In this document: positions 1 to 9,013 of the stretch, one piece after another
How positions within the stretch are numbered: position 1 is the first letter of the stretch
Layout: every line of letters starts with the position of its first letter
DNA from: Halarcobacter sp.
Lineage (GTDB): Bacteria; Campylobacterota; Campylobacteria; Campylobacterales; Arcobacteraceae
Length of the DNA stretch: 64,000 nt
Direction: 5' to 3'
NCBI GenBank assembly: GCA_048571215.1
Contig: CP182352.1
Location: 3,040,001-3,104,000 of the forward strand
Program-made: the position numbers and the translations under genes
The notes under the pieces: model-generated
Databases searched by the model: none
Seen by the model: only the letters and a program-made list of their open reading frames with translations
What the model was told of the DNA's origin: nothing

Positions 1-1
1 A

Positions 2-451
2 AAAGATTTGCAAATGATAGATAAAATTTTTGCAGGGGAAACTTCTAAAAATTTCAATGCCATTAGAGTCTCAATGGGTAATGCAATGTTTGAAAATGTA
101 GGGATATTAAGATCAAAAGATAGTTTAGTTAAGGCCTTTGATTATATAAAATACCTAAGAGGTCAATCTTATTCATTGCATTGCATAAATAAAGAGAAAA
201 GAAATAATGTAGAACTAATCTCTATTTTAGAGTTAAGAAATGCCTTGGAAGTCTCAGAAGCTATGATTTTAGCTGCAAAAAAGAGAAAAGAAAGCAGAGG
301 TGCTCATCATAGAATTGATTATACAAATACAGATGAAAAGTATTCAAAACATATCCTAATAAAAGAGGTAAAAAAAGGGTTTTTCAAAATAGAACTTGAA
401 AATAAAGACCTATTATCTAGGTTTAGAAACCTCATACTAAATAAAGAATAA
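2..451 (+). CDS. C-terminal fragment of an FAD-dependent oxidoreductase (SdhA/FrdA/NadB flavoprotein family), 5'-truncated by the window
   Basis: Frame is open from base 2. Contains the motif LELRNALEVSEAMILAAKKRKESRGAHHRIDY of the succinate dehydrogenase/fumarate reductase flavoprotein C-terminal domain. Confidence 0.75.
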   Translation, partial: KDLQMIDKIFAGETSKNFNAIRVSMGNAMFENVGILRSKDSLVKAFDYIKYLRGQSYSLHCINKEKRNNVELISILELRNALEVSEAMILAAKKRKESRGAHHRIDYTNTDEKYSKHILIKEVKKGFFKIELENKDLLSRFRNLILNKE

Positions 452-485
452 AACAAAAAATTTAACTTAAATAAAGGAGAAAAAT

Positions 486-692
486 ATGGCAAAAGTGATG
501 TTAAGAGAGAGTGAAGGGGTTATATACTTCTATTTCGCAAAAAAAGATATGGAAGAGACTATTGAGTCTTTAGAATTTGATACTCAAGAGAACTGGGGTG
601 GAAATTGTGAATTATCAAATGGTGAAACATGGTGGATTAAACCAGGAGTTAAAAAGCTACCAAAAGAGGAAGTTTGTAAAAAGATTTCATAA
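486..692 (+). CDS. nifT: Nitrogen fixation protein NifT/FixU
   Basis: 68 aa, KVMLR...YFAKKDMEE...WGG...LSNG pattern typical of NifT. AAGGAG RBS. Adjacent to nifA. Confidence 0.9.
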   Translation: MAKVMLRESEGVIYFYFAKKDMEETIESLEFDTQENWGGNCELSNGETWWIKPGVKKLPKEEVCKKIS

Positions 693-704
693 ATGAAGTG
701 GCTG

Positions 705-742
705 GATACTTTATAAACATATAATAATGTATATAAAGTGTC
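705..742 (+). terminator. Imperfect inverted repeat between nifT and nifA (terminator or operator)
   Basis: GATACTTTATAAACAT-N6-ATGTATATAAAGTGTC, 14/16 complementary, followed by TTTCTT. TATAAT lies at 752-757. Confidence 0.45.
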
Positions 743-782
743 TTTCTTGTATATAATATAACTTTATTTTGAAAGGATACAA

Positions 783-2330
783 ATGGCACTATTTGACAGA
801 CCAGAATGTGCAAGCTGTTTAACTGTAAAAGAACTTACAACTTTATATGAAATTGCATCAATTATCTCAAATCATTATGATTTAGATACATCATTAGAAA
901 AATCTATAAAAATATTAAAAAATTCATTGCACTTAACAAACTGTACAGTGCATGTACTAGAAGATGAAGAATTAAAAGTATTTGCTTCTGTTGATTTAAG
1001 CAGAATACAAAAAAAACTTGCAACTTATAAAATTGGAGAAGGGGTAACAGGAATTGCTGCTCAATCAAAAGAACCTGTAGTTGTAGAAAATATCCATAGC
1101 GATTCATTATTTCTAAATAAATCTGGGAAAAGAGATTATACAAATCTATCATATGTAGCAGTACCTATGATAGTTGATAATGAAATGATAGGAGTTTTAG
1201 GAGCAACCTTAACTAAAACTACAGAGATTGGATTTGAGGACTGTGTTAGAATTTTGACTATTATTAGTTCTATTTTTGCACAAACAATTCACTCTTATCA
1301 ACTTAATAAAAATGAGAAAGAAAGATTAAAAGAATTGAAACTTTATTATAAAATGGAATGGGATTCAAAAGTTCACAACTTTGGAGATATCATTGGTGAT
1401 AGTCCAAAAATGCAACAAGTTTTCCAAGTAATACAAAGAATTGCCCAATCAGATGTTACAGTTTTAGTACGAGGGGAAACGGGTACGGGTAAAGAGTTAG
1501 TAGCCGCAGCAATTCACAAAAGAAGTAAAAGACAAGATGAACCTTTTATAAAATTAAACTGTGCAGCTATTACAGATACCCTTCTTGAAAGTGAACTTTT
1601 TGGTCATGAGAAAGGTGCTTTTACAGATGCAAGAGAGACTAGAAAAGGAAGATTTGAACTTGCAGATGGGGGAACTTTATTTTTAGATGAGATAGGTGAT
1701 ATCTCAGCTTCTGCACAAGTAAAACTTCTAAGGGTTTTACAAGAAAGGGAATTTGAAAGAGTTGGTGGAAGTAAAACTATAAAAGTAAATGTAAGATTAG
1801 TAGCAGCAACCAATAGAAATCTTGAAAAAATGGTTGAAGATGGGGAATTTAGAGAGGATTTATATTATAGATTAAATGTAATACCTATTGATTTACCACC
1901 AGTAAGAGAAAGGGGAGATGATATTAGACAACTAGTTGAATTCTTCTTAGAAAAAGCTATTAAAAACCATAAAAAGATGGTTAAAATAACAGATGAAGCT
2001 ATGGATATACTTATGAACTACCCATGGCCTGGGAATGTAAGAGAGCTTGAAAATACTATTGAAAGAATAGTATTGATGGGGAATGAAGATGGAATCAACA
2101 AGTTTGATATGATTCTTTTATTGCCTGCACTAAATGATGAAAAATTTAAAAAAGAGTTCAAATCTATACCTTTAGAGAATAAAACCTTAGAGGAGTTAGA
2201 AAAAGAAGCAATTATAAATGCCCTTCATAATAATAACTTCAATCAATCCCATGCAGCCAAAGAGTTAGGTATAACCCTTAGACAAATTGGATACAAAATC
2301 AAAAAATATGGGATAGAAAATGATATATAA
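783..2330 (+). CDS. nifA: Nif-specific sigma54-dependent activator NifA (GAF + AAA+ + Fis-type HTH)
   Basis: GAF region (GEGVTG), Walker A GETGTGKE, ESELFGHEKGAFTDA, FLDEIGD, FREDLYYRLNV, WPGNVRELEN and C-terminal HTH (AAKELGITLRQIGYKIKKY). nif context. Confidence 0.88.
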   Translation: MALFDRPECASCLTVKELTTLYEIASIISNHYDLDTSLEKSIKILKNSLHLTNCTVHVLEDEELKVFASVDLSRIQKKLATYKIGEGVTGIAAQSKEPVVVENIHSDSLFLNKSGKRDYTNLSYVAVPMIVDNEMIGVLGATLTKTTEIGFEDCVRILTIISSIFAQTIHSYQLNKNEKERLKELKLYYKMEWDSKVHNFGDIIGDSPKMQQVFQVIQRIAQSDVTVLVRGETGTGKELVAAAIHKRSKRQDEPFIKLNCAAITDTLLESELFGHEKGAFTDARETRKGRFELADGGTLFLDEIGDISASAQVKLLRVLQEREFERVGGSKTIKVNVRLVAATNRNLEKMVEDGEFREDLYYRLNVIPIDLPPVRERGDDIRQLVEFFLEKAIKNHKKMVKITDEAMDILMNYPWPGNVRELENTIERIVLMGNEDGINKFDMILLLPALNDEKFKKEFKSIPLENKTLEELEKEAIINALHNNNFNQSHAAKELGITLRQIGYKIKKYGIENDI

Positions 2331-2832
2331 AAATGAAGAGTTTGAGCTAACTGATGAGTTTATAGATGTGGGTTATTCAGCAGAAGAGTTTGAAGCTACA
2401 ACACTGAGTAAAGAGCCTATTGAGATAAAAAAAGCTAATTCAAATAGAATGATTCAAATCTTTTTATCATTTCCTAATTTTGAAGATTTTAAAGAAGAGA
2501 TTATTGAATTTGATGATTTTATGAATGATGCAAAAGTTGAAATATTTACTTATGTTATTTTCGATAAAAATATAGAAATTCCATATGAGTTAAAGAAGAT
2601 AATCCCAATTTTTGACTCAAATAATGAATTTGGTGAGATGTACGGAACGAAAATTGTAAGTGGGAGCTTAGAAGGTAAATTAACCAAAGCACTTTTTCTT
2701 ATAGGAAAAGATGGCGCAATTTATCATATTGATATGCCAAAAGATTTACAAAACCCTCTTGATATGGAAAGGGTTAGAATAGAAGTAAATAAGGTTTATC
2801 AATCATACACTGGAGTTGGATGCCATGGATAA
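2320..2832 (+). CDS. Thiol peroxidase (Tpx)/redoxin-fold protein lacking the canonical peroxidatic Cys
   Basis: FGEMYGTKIVSGSLEGKLTKALFLIGKDGAIYH resembles the Tpx C-terminal segment. The only Cys is in the C-terminal GCHG. Confidence 0.65.
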   Translation: MIYKNEEFELTDEFIDVGYSAEEFEATTLSKEPIEIKKANSNRMIQIFLSFPNFEDFKEEIIEFDDFMNDAKVEIFTYVIFDKNIEIPYELKKIIPIFDSNNEFGEMYGTKIVSGSLEGKLTKALFLIGKDGAIYHIDMPKDLQNPLDMERVRIEVNKVYQSYTGVGCHG

Positions 2833-3649
2833 TATTTTACAAGATTTAAAAGATGGTACAGTAATACCATTCTTAGGAATGGGTATTTTCGAGAATACCA
2901 CAACAAAAGATGGCAGTAAATTGCCATATGATAGTGATTCTATGATTTTAGCACTAAATAATGGAAGAGCAATGAGCCCAAGATTGATGTATGAGTACAG
3001 TAGGGCAGCAATGAGTTTAGAGCAAAGAAAAGGTAGAGAGTTTATTGTACAAATGACTAATCACATCTACTCTTCAAAAGAGTATGAACTACCAAAAACT
3101 TACAAATGGCTAGAAAAGATTATGCCTAAATATGTAATTGATACTAATGTTGATGATAGTTTACAAAAAATATATAGCAATGTTGAACACTTTCTAATCA
3201 CAGGGATTTCAAGAATTACTGCCGATTATGATAGATTTGTTATATATAAATATGATCCATCATCAAAAGAGTATACACAAGTTGAAGCTTCACAACTTAC
3301 AACTGATTTACCAATTTTATTTAAACCTATGGGTAGTACAAAACCTGAGATGAATTTTATTATCTCAGATGCTGACTTTGTTGACTGGTTAACAGAAGCA
3401 ATGGGCGGATATGCTGTGCCTCCAATCTTAAAAGAGTACAGAAAAAATAAAAAATACCTTTTTATGGGTGTAGATTTTTCTACTGATACTTTTAGGATGG
3501 TAGCAAATGAGATTACAATAGGTTTAGATGGTGGTTATACCCTAATTAATAAAGATGAATTAACAAAAAAAGAGGATAAATTTATCAAAACTCACAATTT
3601 GGAAAATATCAAAATTGGTGTTGATGAATTTATAAATAACAATGAGTAA
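2825..3649 (+). CDS. SIR2-like (SIR2_2-type) domain protein
   Basis: VIPFLGMG N-terminal strand, IDTNVD, LFKPMGS, FIISDADF and YLFMGVDF motifs. ATG at 2825 overlaps the upstream stop and is preferred over TTG 2816. Confidence 0.7.
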   Translation: MDNILQDLKDGTVIPFLGMGIFENTTTKDGSKLPYDSDSMILALNNGRAMSPRLMYEYSRAAMSLEQRKGREFIVQMTNHIYSSKEYELPKTYKWLEKIMPKYVIDTNVDDSLQKIYSNVEHFLITGISRITADYDRFVIYKYDPSSKEYTQVEASQLTTDLPILFKPMGSTKPEMNFIISDADFVDWLTEAMGGYAVPPILKEYRKNKKYLFMGVDFSTDTFRMVANEITIGLDGGYTLINKDELTKKEDKFIKTHNLENIKIGVDEFINNNE

Positions 3650-4910
3650 AATAACAAATAGATGTGACTTCTGTGGTAAAGAGATAAAAGAAGTAAAAAA
3701 AATTTTTAGTAGTGAATCTTCTCATATTTGTGATGAGTGTATAACTATGTGTGCAAGTGTACTTGAAAAAGAGGTTATTCATGAAGCAAAAAAAGATTTT
3801 CAAAAAGGCTTAAGTGTTCCTATTAAGATAAAAGAACACTTAGATGATTATGTAATTGGTCAAACTGATGCAAAAAAAGTTTTAGCAGTTGCTTTATATA
3901 ATCACTATAAAAGGATTGATAAACCAACTATCAAAAATGTAGAACTAGAAAAATCAAATATAATGTTAGTTGGTCCTACAGGTTCAGGTAAGACTTTACT
4001 TGCAAAATCATTAGCTAAGATTATGGATGTACCTTTTGCAGTTGCTGATGCAACAGCATTAACAGAAGCTGGATATGTGGGGGAAGATGTTGAATCTATC
4101 CTATCAAGACTTTTAGCTGCTGCTGATTTTGACATAGAAAAGGCAAAAAGAGGGATTGTTTACATAGATGAGATTGACAAAATTGCCAATAAAAGTGAAA
4201 GCTCAACAAGTGGTAGAGATGTTAGTGGAGAGGGAGTACAACAAGGTCTTCTAAAGATTTTAGAGGGTGCTGAGGTTTATGTACCTGTAAAGGGTAGTAG
4301 AAAAAACTCAACTGCTGAAACAGTACTTTTTGATACAACTCATGTTTTATTTATCTGTGGAGGAGCTTTTGTAGGCTTACGAAAAGATAAAGAGAAAGAA
4401 AAATCTGCTGTTATGGGTTTTGTAAACAAAGATGAAAAAACTAAAGAGAAAAAAGATATTGAAGCAAAAGAGCTAATCTCTTATGGATTAATCCCTGAAT
4501 TTATAGGTAGAATTCCTGTAATTGCAGAACTTAATAAATTAACCAAAGAGGATTTAATAAGAGTTCTAAAAGAACCAAAAAATGCCATTACAAAACAGTA
4601 TGAGATACTTTTTGAACTTGATGGTGTTACTTTATCATTTAGTGATGAAGCCCTTGAAGAGATTGCCACTATTGCTTATGAAAAAGATGTTGGGGCTAGG
4701 GGACTTAGAGGAATTATTGAAAAAATTATGTTACCTCTACAATACACTATTCCATCAGAAGAAAACTTAGCTAGTTGTATAATAACAAAAGAGTACATCA
4801 AAAAAGAAGAAGAGATAGAGTTGATTTATGAAAAACCACAATCAGCAGAGAAAAAAGCTAAAAAAGAAGTGATGTACGATGATATTAAAAAACAATCTTC
4901 AAATATGTGA
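3642..4910 (+). CDS. clpX: ClpX ATPase, nif-associated copy (ClpX2-like)
   Basis: C4 zinc finger (CDFC...CDEC), [39 protein letters not shown] and GARGLR. No adjacent clpP. Confidence 0.92.
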   Translation: MSKITNRCDFCGKEIKEVKKIFSSESSHICDECITMCASVLEKEVIHEAKKDFQKGLSVPIKIKEHLDDYVIGQTDAKKVLAVALYNHYKRIDKPTIKNVELEKSNIMLVGPTGSGKTLLAKSLAKIMDVPFAVADATALTEAGYVGEDVESILSRLLAAADFDIEKAKRGIVYIDEIDKIANKSESSTSGRDVSGEGVQQGLLKILEGAEVYVPVKGSRKNSTAETVLFDTTHVLFICGGAFVGLRKDKEKEKSAVMGFVNKDEKTKEKKDIEAKELISYGLIPEFIGRIPVIAELNKLTKEDLIRVLKEPKNAITKQYEILFELDGVTLSFSDEALEEIATIAYEKDVGARGLRGIIEKIMLPLQYTIPSEENLASCIITKEYIKKEEEIELIYEKPQSAEKKAKKEVMYDDIKKQSSNM

Positions 4911-5343
4911 TGCCTCGAAAGAGGATATCCCATATTTAATAAAACTACTTAAAAACCTATTTTCAATAGAAAAAGATTTTATCTTTAATGAAGAAAAACA
5001 TAAAGATGGTTTAGAACTACTTATTGAAAGTAAAAACTCCCATGTAATTTTAGTGAAATTTGAAAATGAAATTATCGCTATGATAACTATGCAAACTATT
5101 ATATCTACAGTAACTGGCTCAAAAGTTGGCTTACTTGAAGATTTTATTGTAAAAGATGATTTTAGAGATTTAGGAGTAGGAACCCATCTTCTTGATTACA
5201 CAAAACAATTAGCTACTAAAAATAACTTCAAAAGACTTCAACTTGTTTGTGATGAAAACAATGAAATTGCAAAAGAGTTTTATGCCAATAAAAATTTTAA
5301 AAAAAGCAATTTAACTGCTTGGTACTATCATATAGATAATTAA
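4879..5343 (+). CDS. GNAT family N-acetyltransferase
   Basis: Acetyl-CoA motif A (VKDDFRDLGVGTHLL) and N..A..FY...F motif. Confidence 0.85.
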   Translation: MILKNNLQICDASKEDIPYLIKLLKNLFSIEKDFIFNEEKHKDGLELLIESKNSHVILVKFENEIIAMITMQTIISTVTGSKVGLLEDFIVKDDFRDLGVGTHLLDYTKQLATKNNFKRLQLVCDENNEIAKEFYANKNFKKSNLTAWYYHIDN

Positions 5344-5348
5344 TTCTG

Positions 5349-5365
5349 TGGAATAGTTTTTGCAT
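5349..5365 (+). promoter_or_regulatory. sigma54 (-24/-12) promoter of the ferredoxin gene
   Basis: TGGAATAGTTTTTGCAT, an exact GG-N10-GC, about 35 nt upstream of the ATG and upstream of the AAGGA RBS. Confidence 0.75.
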
Positions 5366-5397
5366 CTTTTACTTATATTTTTAATGAAGGATGAATT

Positions 5398-5784
5398 ATG
5401 GCAGTAAGAATTACTGAAGAATGTATTAGTTGTGAAGCATGTGCTCCTGAATGTCCAGTAGCAGCAATTTTAGAAGATGGTCATGAAAAGAACCCATTAG
5501 ATGATATCTTTTATGTAAAACCAGAATCATGTGTTGAGTGTGTTGACCATGCAGATGCTCCAAGATGTGCAGAAGCATGTCCAACTGAAGGTGCTATTGT
5601 TTGGGATATGCCTTATACAGCAGACTTCAATGACTATTATGCAGAAAAAAATGAAGAGGGTGTTTATAAAATTAGAGAACACAAGAAAAAAGGTCTGATG
5701 TTACCAAGCGTTAAAGAACAAAAATTTATTGCAGATATTGCAATGTCTGCAAGAGAAAATGCAGAAAATGTTCAAGATTTCTAA
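5398..5784 (+). CDS. fdxN: 2[4Fe-4S] ferredoxin, FdxN-like, with C-terminal extension
   Basis: CISCEACAPECP and CVECVDHADAPRCAEACP cluster motifs. Confidence 0.78.
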   Translation: MAVRITEECISCEACAPECPVAAILEDGHEKNPLDDIFYVKPESCVECVDHADAPRCAEACPTEGAIVWDMPYTADFNDYYAEKNEEGVYKIREHKKKGLMLPSVKEQKFIADIAMSARENAENVQDF

Positions 5785-5809
5785 TCTTTTCTACAAAGCT
5801 GTGTAGTTT

Positions 5810-5844
5810 AAAAGGGTCTCTTTTTATAAAGAGACCCTTTTTTT
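5810..5844 (+). terminator. Rho-independent terminator ending the nif block
   Basis: AAAAGGGTCTCTTT/AAAGAGACCCTTTT stem followed by a T tract. Confidence 0.85.
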
Positions 5845-5855
5845 ATCTCTAAACC

Positions 5856-5888
5856 TGCTACCTTATTGCAACCTTATTATCATATTAT
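5856..5888 (+). promoter_or_regulatory. 11-bp tandem repeat (OmpR-type box) plus -10 element
   Basis: TGCTACCTTAT/TGCAACCTTAT followed by TATTAT at 5883. Confidence 0.5.
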
Positions 5889-5915
5889 AAGTTATTTAAA
5901 AATAAAGGATTTGGC

Positions 5916-6245
5916 ATGGTTGCAAATAGAAATATAAATAATCCCCTATTAGATGAACTTCATATTGCCATGAATTCGTCAAATATCAAGGAACTTAAAA
6001 AATTAGTTAATGCAAAAAACTTAAATGTAAGAAGAGCTTTAGCTAAAAATAGTGCAATTGATTCAGAAATAGCAAATAAATTAGCCTCTGACCCAGTATT
6101 AAATGTATCTTACATCGCATCACAACATGAAAAATGTACTATTAAAAGACCTTTTGATGAGGAGAGTATAAACCATCAATGTATCCAATGTACCATAAAT
6201 GAAAATCTATTAGATTGTATTGCTTGTGATAATCATATATATTAA
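5916..6245 (+). CDS. Small hypothetical protein with an LRV/HEAT-like repeat and a C-terminal CxxC-x8-CxxC
   Basis: NVRRALAKN...KLASDPVLNV repeat-like segment, CIQCTINENLLDCIAC, AAGGA RBS. Confidence 0.6.
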   Translation: MVANRNINNPLLDELHIAMNSSNIKELKKLVNAKNLNVRRALAKNSAIDSEIANKLASDPVLNVSYIASQHEKCTIKRPFDEESINHQCIQCTINENLLDCIACDNHIY

Positions 6246-8935
6246 GTTTCTGTAGGCAAGTTTATAATAAAACTTGCACCTAGATATTTTTTATCATTAA
6301 AGTTTACACTTTTATTTTTTACTTTTATTGTTGCATTAAACTTATTTAATATATTATAGGTCATATATAAACCTAATCCAGTCCCTTTATACTTATGTTT
6401 AGTGGTAAAATAAGGTTCAAAGATATTGGATAGATTTTCTTCATCAATACCACCTGCATTATCACTAATTATTATTATTACACTATCGTTTTTATCCTCT
6501 ATTTCATAAAATATAACACCATCCATTTGATTATTTAACTTTATTGCATCAATTGAATTATTTATAATATTTATTAAAGATTGCAATAACTCATTAGGAT
6601 TTCCAATAATTTGTTTTGAACTCGTAAGCTTCTTTTCTAAAGTAATTTGATTTGATTTAATTGATGAAGAGATTAATCTAAAAAGATTATCACTTACACT
6701 TTCCAAATCAAATTGTTTTGTACTTTTTTCCCCTTTTATAAAAAGTCTAAAGTCATCTATAGTTTGAGATAAATAGTTTGCATTTGATAAAATTACACTA
6801 GCTTCATCTAAAACTCTTTTTTTATCAAAGGTACCGTACTCATCATAAATACTCCAACTACTTGCTATAGTAGTTATTGCACTTAAAGGCTGTCTCCATT
6901 GGTGGGCAATATTTCCAATCATTTCCCCTATTGCAGCCATTTTTGATTGTTCAATTAAAAGTATCTCTTTATTTTTTATCTCAGAGATATCAATAATAGA
7001 GGTTATACGTATAGTTTTATTATTCATTTTAATATTTGTACCCTTTATAAGGGTTGGAAAAACTGTACCATCAAATTTTATACAATCTATCTCATATGGT
7101 TCAGTATATTCCTCTTTTATTTTCTCTTTTATAAGAGGTAAAGATTTCTCATCTATATAATCTAAGATAAATTTTCCTATTGCATCTTCTTTATTTTTTA
7201 CTTTAAACATCTTTTGTGCAGAATCATTAAGATCAATACAGTAATTTTCATAAGAGAGTATAATTGCTTCTAAAGTACTATTTATAATACTTTGAATCTC
7301 ACTATTAGTCTCTTCCAATTTTTTATTATATTTTTTTAATATATGTTGTCTATATAAAAAAGCTAAAACAACAATTGAAAAGATAAAAAGTATGATATAG
7401 ATAAACTTTTTATTATTTGTTTCTTTAACAACTGATGTTTGAATCCATTTTGAATATATCTCTTTTCTTTCCTGATCTGTAATAGATGCAAAAGTTTTAT
7501 TTATTATAGATAATAAAATGGGATTATCATTTTGTACTAAATAGTGGTGTTCAAAATCAAACTGCGTAACTCCTGATACCTTTAAATCTCTTAGGCTTAA
7601 CTCTGATATATAATACAAAGAGCTTGCTATATGCCCAACAAAAGCATCTGCTTTTCCATTTTCTACCAATAAAAGTGCTTCTAAGATATTTTTAGTGGGG
7701 ATTATTTTTATCTCTGGGAAATTCTTAACCAAAAAATTATAACTTGTATAATATTTAGGAACCGCAATCACACTGTCTCTTAAGTCATTTAAGCCATCAA
7801 TATAAGTAAATTTATTGGTAGTTACAATAACTAATGGGTATTTTGCATATTTGTTAGATATTAAGCCCAAACTTCTTTCTTGTGGACTTGAACCAATACC
7901 AGGAACCAAATCAATCTTTTTTTGCTTAAATTTATCTAATACATCAGGCCAAGAGCTTGCTGGTATAAACTTAAAGTTTAATCCAGTTCTTTTAGATACT
8001 AACTCTAAATAATCCCCCATAATCCCTTTCATCTTATTATCTTCTATTATTGATAAGGGTTTCCAATTAACTTCACTATAAGTAATACTTGGGTTATCAC
8101 TTATATAATCTAACTCCTCTTGTGTCAAACTTATAATATTTTTATTTTCTTGAGCATTAATAATCCATTTATTAGCTAAACGTTTCATTTGTCGAGAATT
8201 AATTTCATGTAAGGATTTTTTTATAATACTTTGCAAAATAGGTTTATCTATATTTATACCAAAATGTAAATCCTCTTTTTTGATACCCTCCAATTCATCC
8301 AAAGGTTTTAATGTTGTATATGCATTTTCATTAATGACCCTTACTCCAGAGGTATAAGAGGAGATAAAATAATCAGCTCTCCCAGTAATAACAGCTTTTG
8401 CTTTTTCAATACTATTACCCACTTCAATAATGTTATATCCCAACTGTTTTAAACTATCAATATAAAATAAGTTTTTACTCACAGCTAATGTTTTATTCTT
8501 TAAACTAGTATTATCAACATAAAGTTCATCACTTTTTAAACCAAAAATATATGTTGGAATCTCATAATAAACTTGAGAATATAAGGTAAAGGCTTCTCTT
8601 TTTTTAGTAAATGAGATATCAGCTATCATATCAACTTTGCCTGTTTTAAAACTATCTAAGGCTTTGCTCCATTTAGATAACTTATAGTCAAATCTTAATC
8701 CACTTATTCGTTCAATCTCTTTAGTAATATCAACACTAAAACCTTCATGTTTACCATTATTTGTATAAGTAAATGGGGGAAAGTTATCAATCATAGCAAT
8801 AGTAACAATAGGATTATTTTTTATCCAAGTTAATTCTTTTTTCGTAAAAATACTTTTTTGTTCTTTTGCAAATAATGAACTATAAAAAAAAGATAGAAAA
8901 AAGATAGAAAAAAAGATAAATAATTGTTTTTTCAT
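6242..8935 (-). CDS. Sensor histidine kinase with two periplasmic solute-binding domains, PAS, HisKA and HATPase (BvgS/EvgS-like input)
   Basis: Two W/YIxxNPxI..PP/PL SBP-like repeats, a TM helix, IAHQWRQPL H-box, DNAGGI, IFEPYFTTK and GTGLGL. Confidence 0.88.
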   Translation of the reverse strand: MKKQLFIFFSIFFLSFFYSSLFAKEQKSIFTKKELTWIKNNPIVTIAMIDNFPPFTYTNNGKHEGFSVDITKEIERISGLRFDYKLSKWSKALDSFKTGKVDMIADISFTKKREAFTLYSQVYYEIPTYIFGLKSDELYVDNTSLKNKTLAVSKNLFYIDSLKQLGYNIIEVGNSIEKAKAVITGRADYFISSYTSGVRVINENAYTTLKPLDELEGIKKEDLHFGINIDKPILQSIIKKSLHEINSRQMKRLANKWIINAQENKNIISLTQEELDYISDNPSITYSEVNWKPLSIIEDNKMKGIMGDYLELVSKRTGLNFKFIPASSWPDVLDKFKQKKIDLVPGIGSSPQERSLGLISNKYAKYPLVIVTTNKFTYIDGLNDLRDSVIAVPKYYTSYNFLVKNFPEIKIIPTKNILEALLLVENGKADAFVGHIASSLYYISELSLRDLKVSGVTQFDFEHHYLVQNDNPILLSIINKTFASITDQERKEIYSKWIQTSVVKETNNKKFIYIILFIFSIVVLAFLYRQHILKKYNKKLEETNSEIQSIINSTLEAIILSYENYCIDLNDSAQKMFKVKNKEDAIGKFILDYIDEKSLPLIKEKIKEEYTEPYEIDCIKFDGTVFPTLIKGTNIKMNNKTIRITSIIDISEIKNKEILLIEQSKMAAIGEMIGNIAHQWRQPLSAITTIASSWSIYDEYGTFDKKRVLDEASVILSNANYLSQTIDDFRLFIKGEKSTKQFDLESVSDNLFRLISSSIKSNQITLEKKLTSSKQIIGNPNELLQSLINIINNSIDAIKLNNQMDGVIFYEIEDKNDSVIIIISDNAGGIDEENLSNIFEPYFTTKHKYKGTGLGLYMTYNILNKFNATIKVKNKSVNFNDKKYLGASFIINLPTET

Positions 8936-8973
8936 TCATATCCTAATTGTTTTCATGTACATAATTAATAAAC

Positions 8974-9011
8974 ATATCTTAATAGATATATCTTAATAGA
9001 TATATTTTAAT
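8974..9011. repeat. 14-bp tandem repeat, two exact copies plus one degenerate copy
   Basis: ATATCTTAATAGAT x2, then ATATTTTAAT. Confidence 0.6.
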
Positions 9012-9013
9012 AA

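Noticed and set aside
2825..3649. SIR2 protein as an anti-phage defence system
   Set aside because: No partner such as HerA, pAgo, TIR or STAND is nearby, and the gene is embedded in an overlapping nifA-clpX operon.
5244..5260. Canonical NifA upstream activator sequence
   Set aside because: Spacing is TGT-N11-ACA, not N10, and the site is inside a coding region. Not supportable alone.
8884..8918. Phase-variable homopolymer tracts in the kinase signal region
   Set aside because: Runs of 6-8 A/T encode Phe-rich sequence and are common in AT-rich DNA. The frame is intact.
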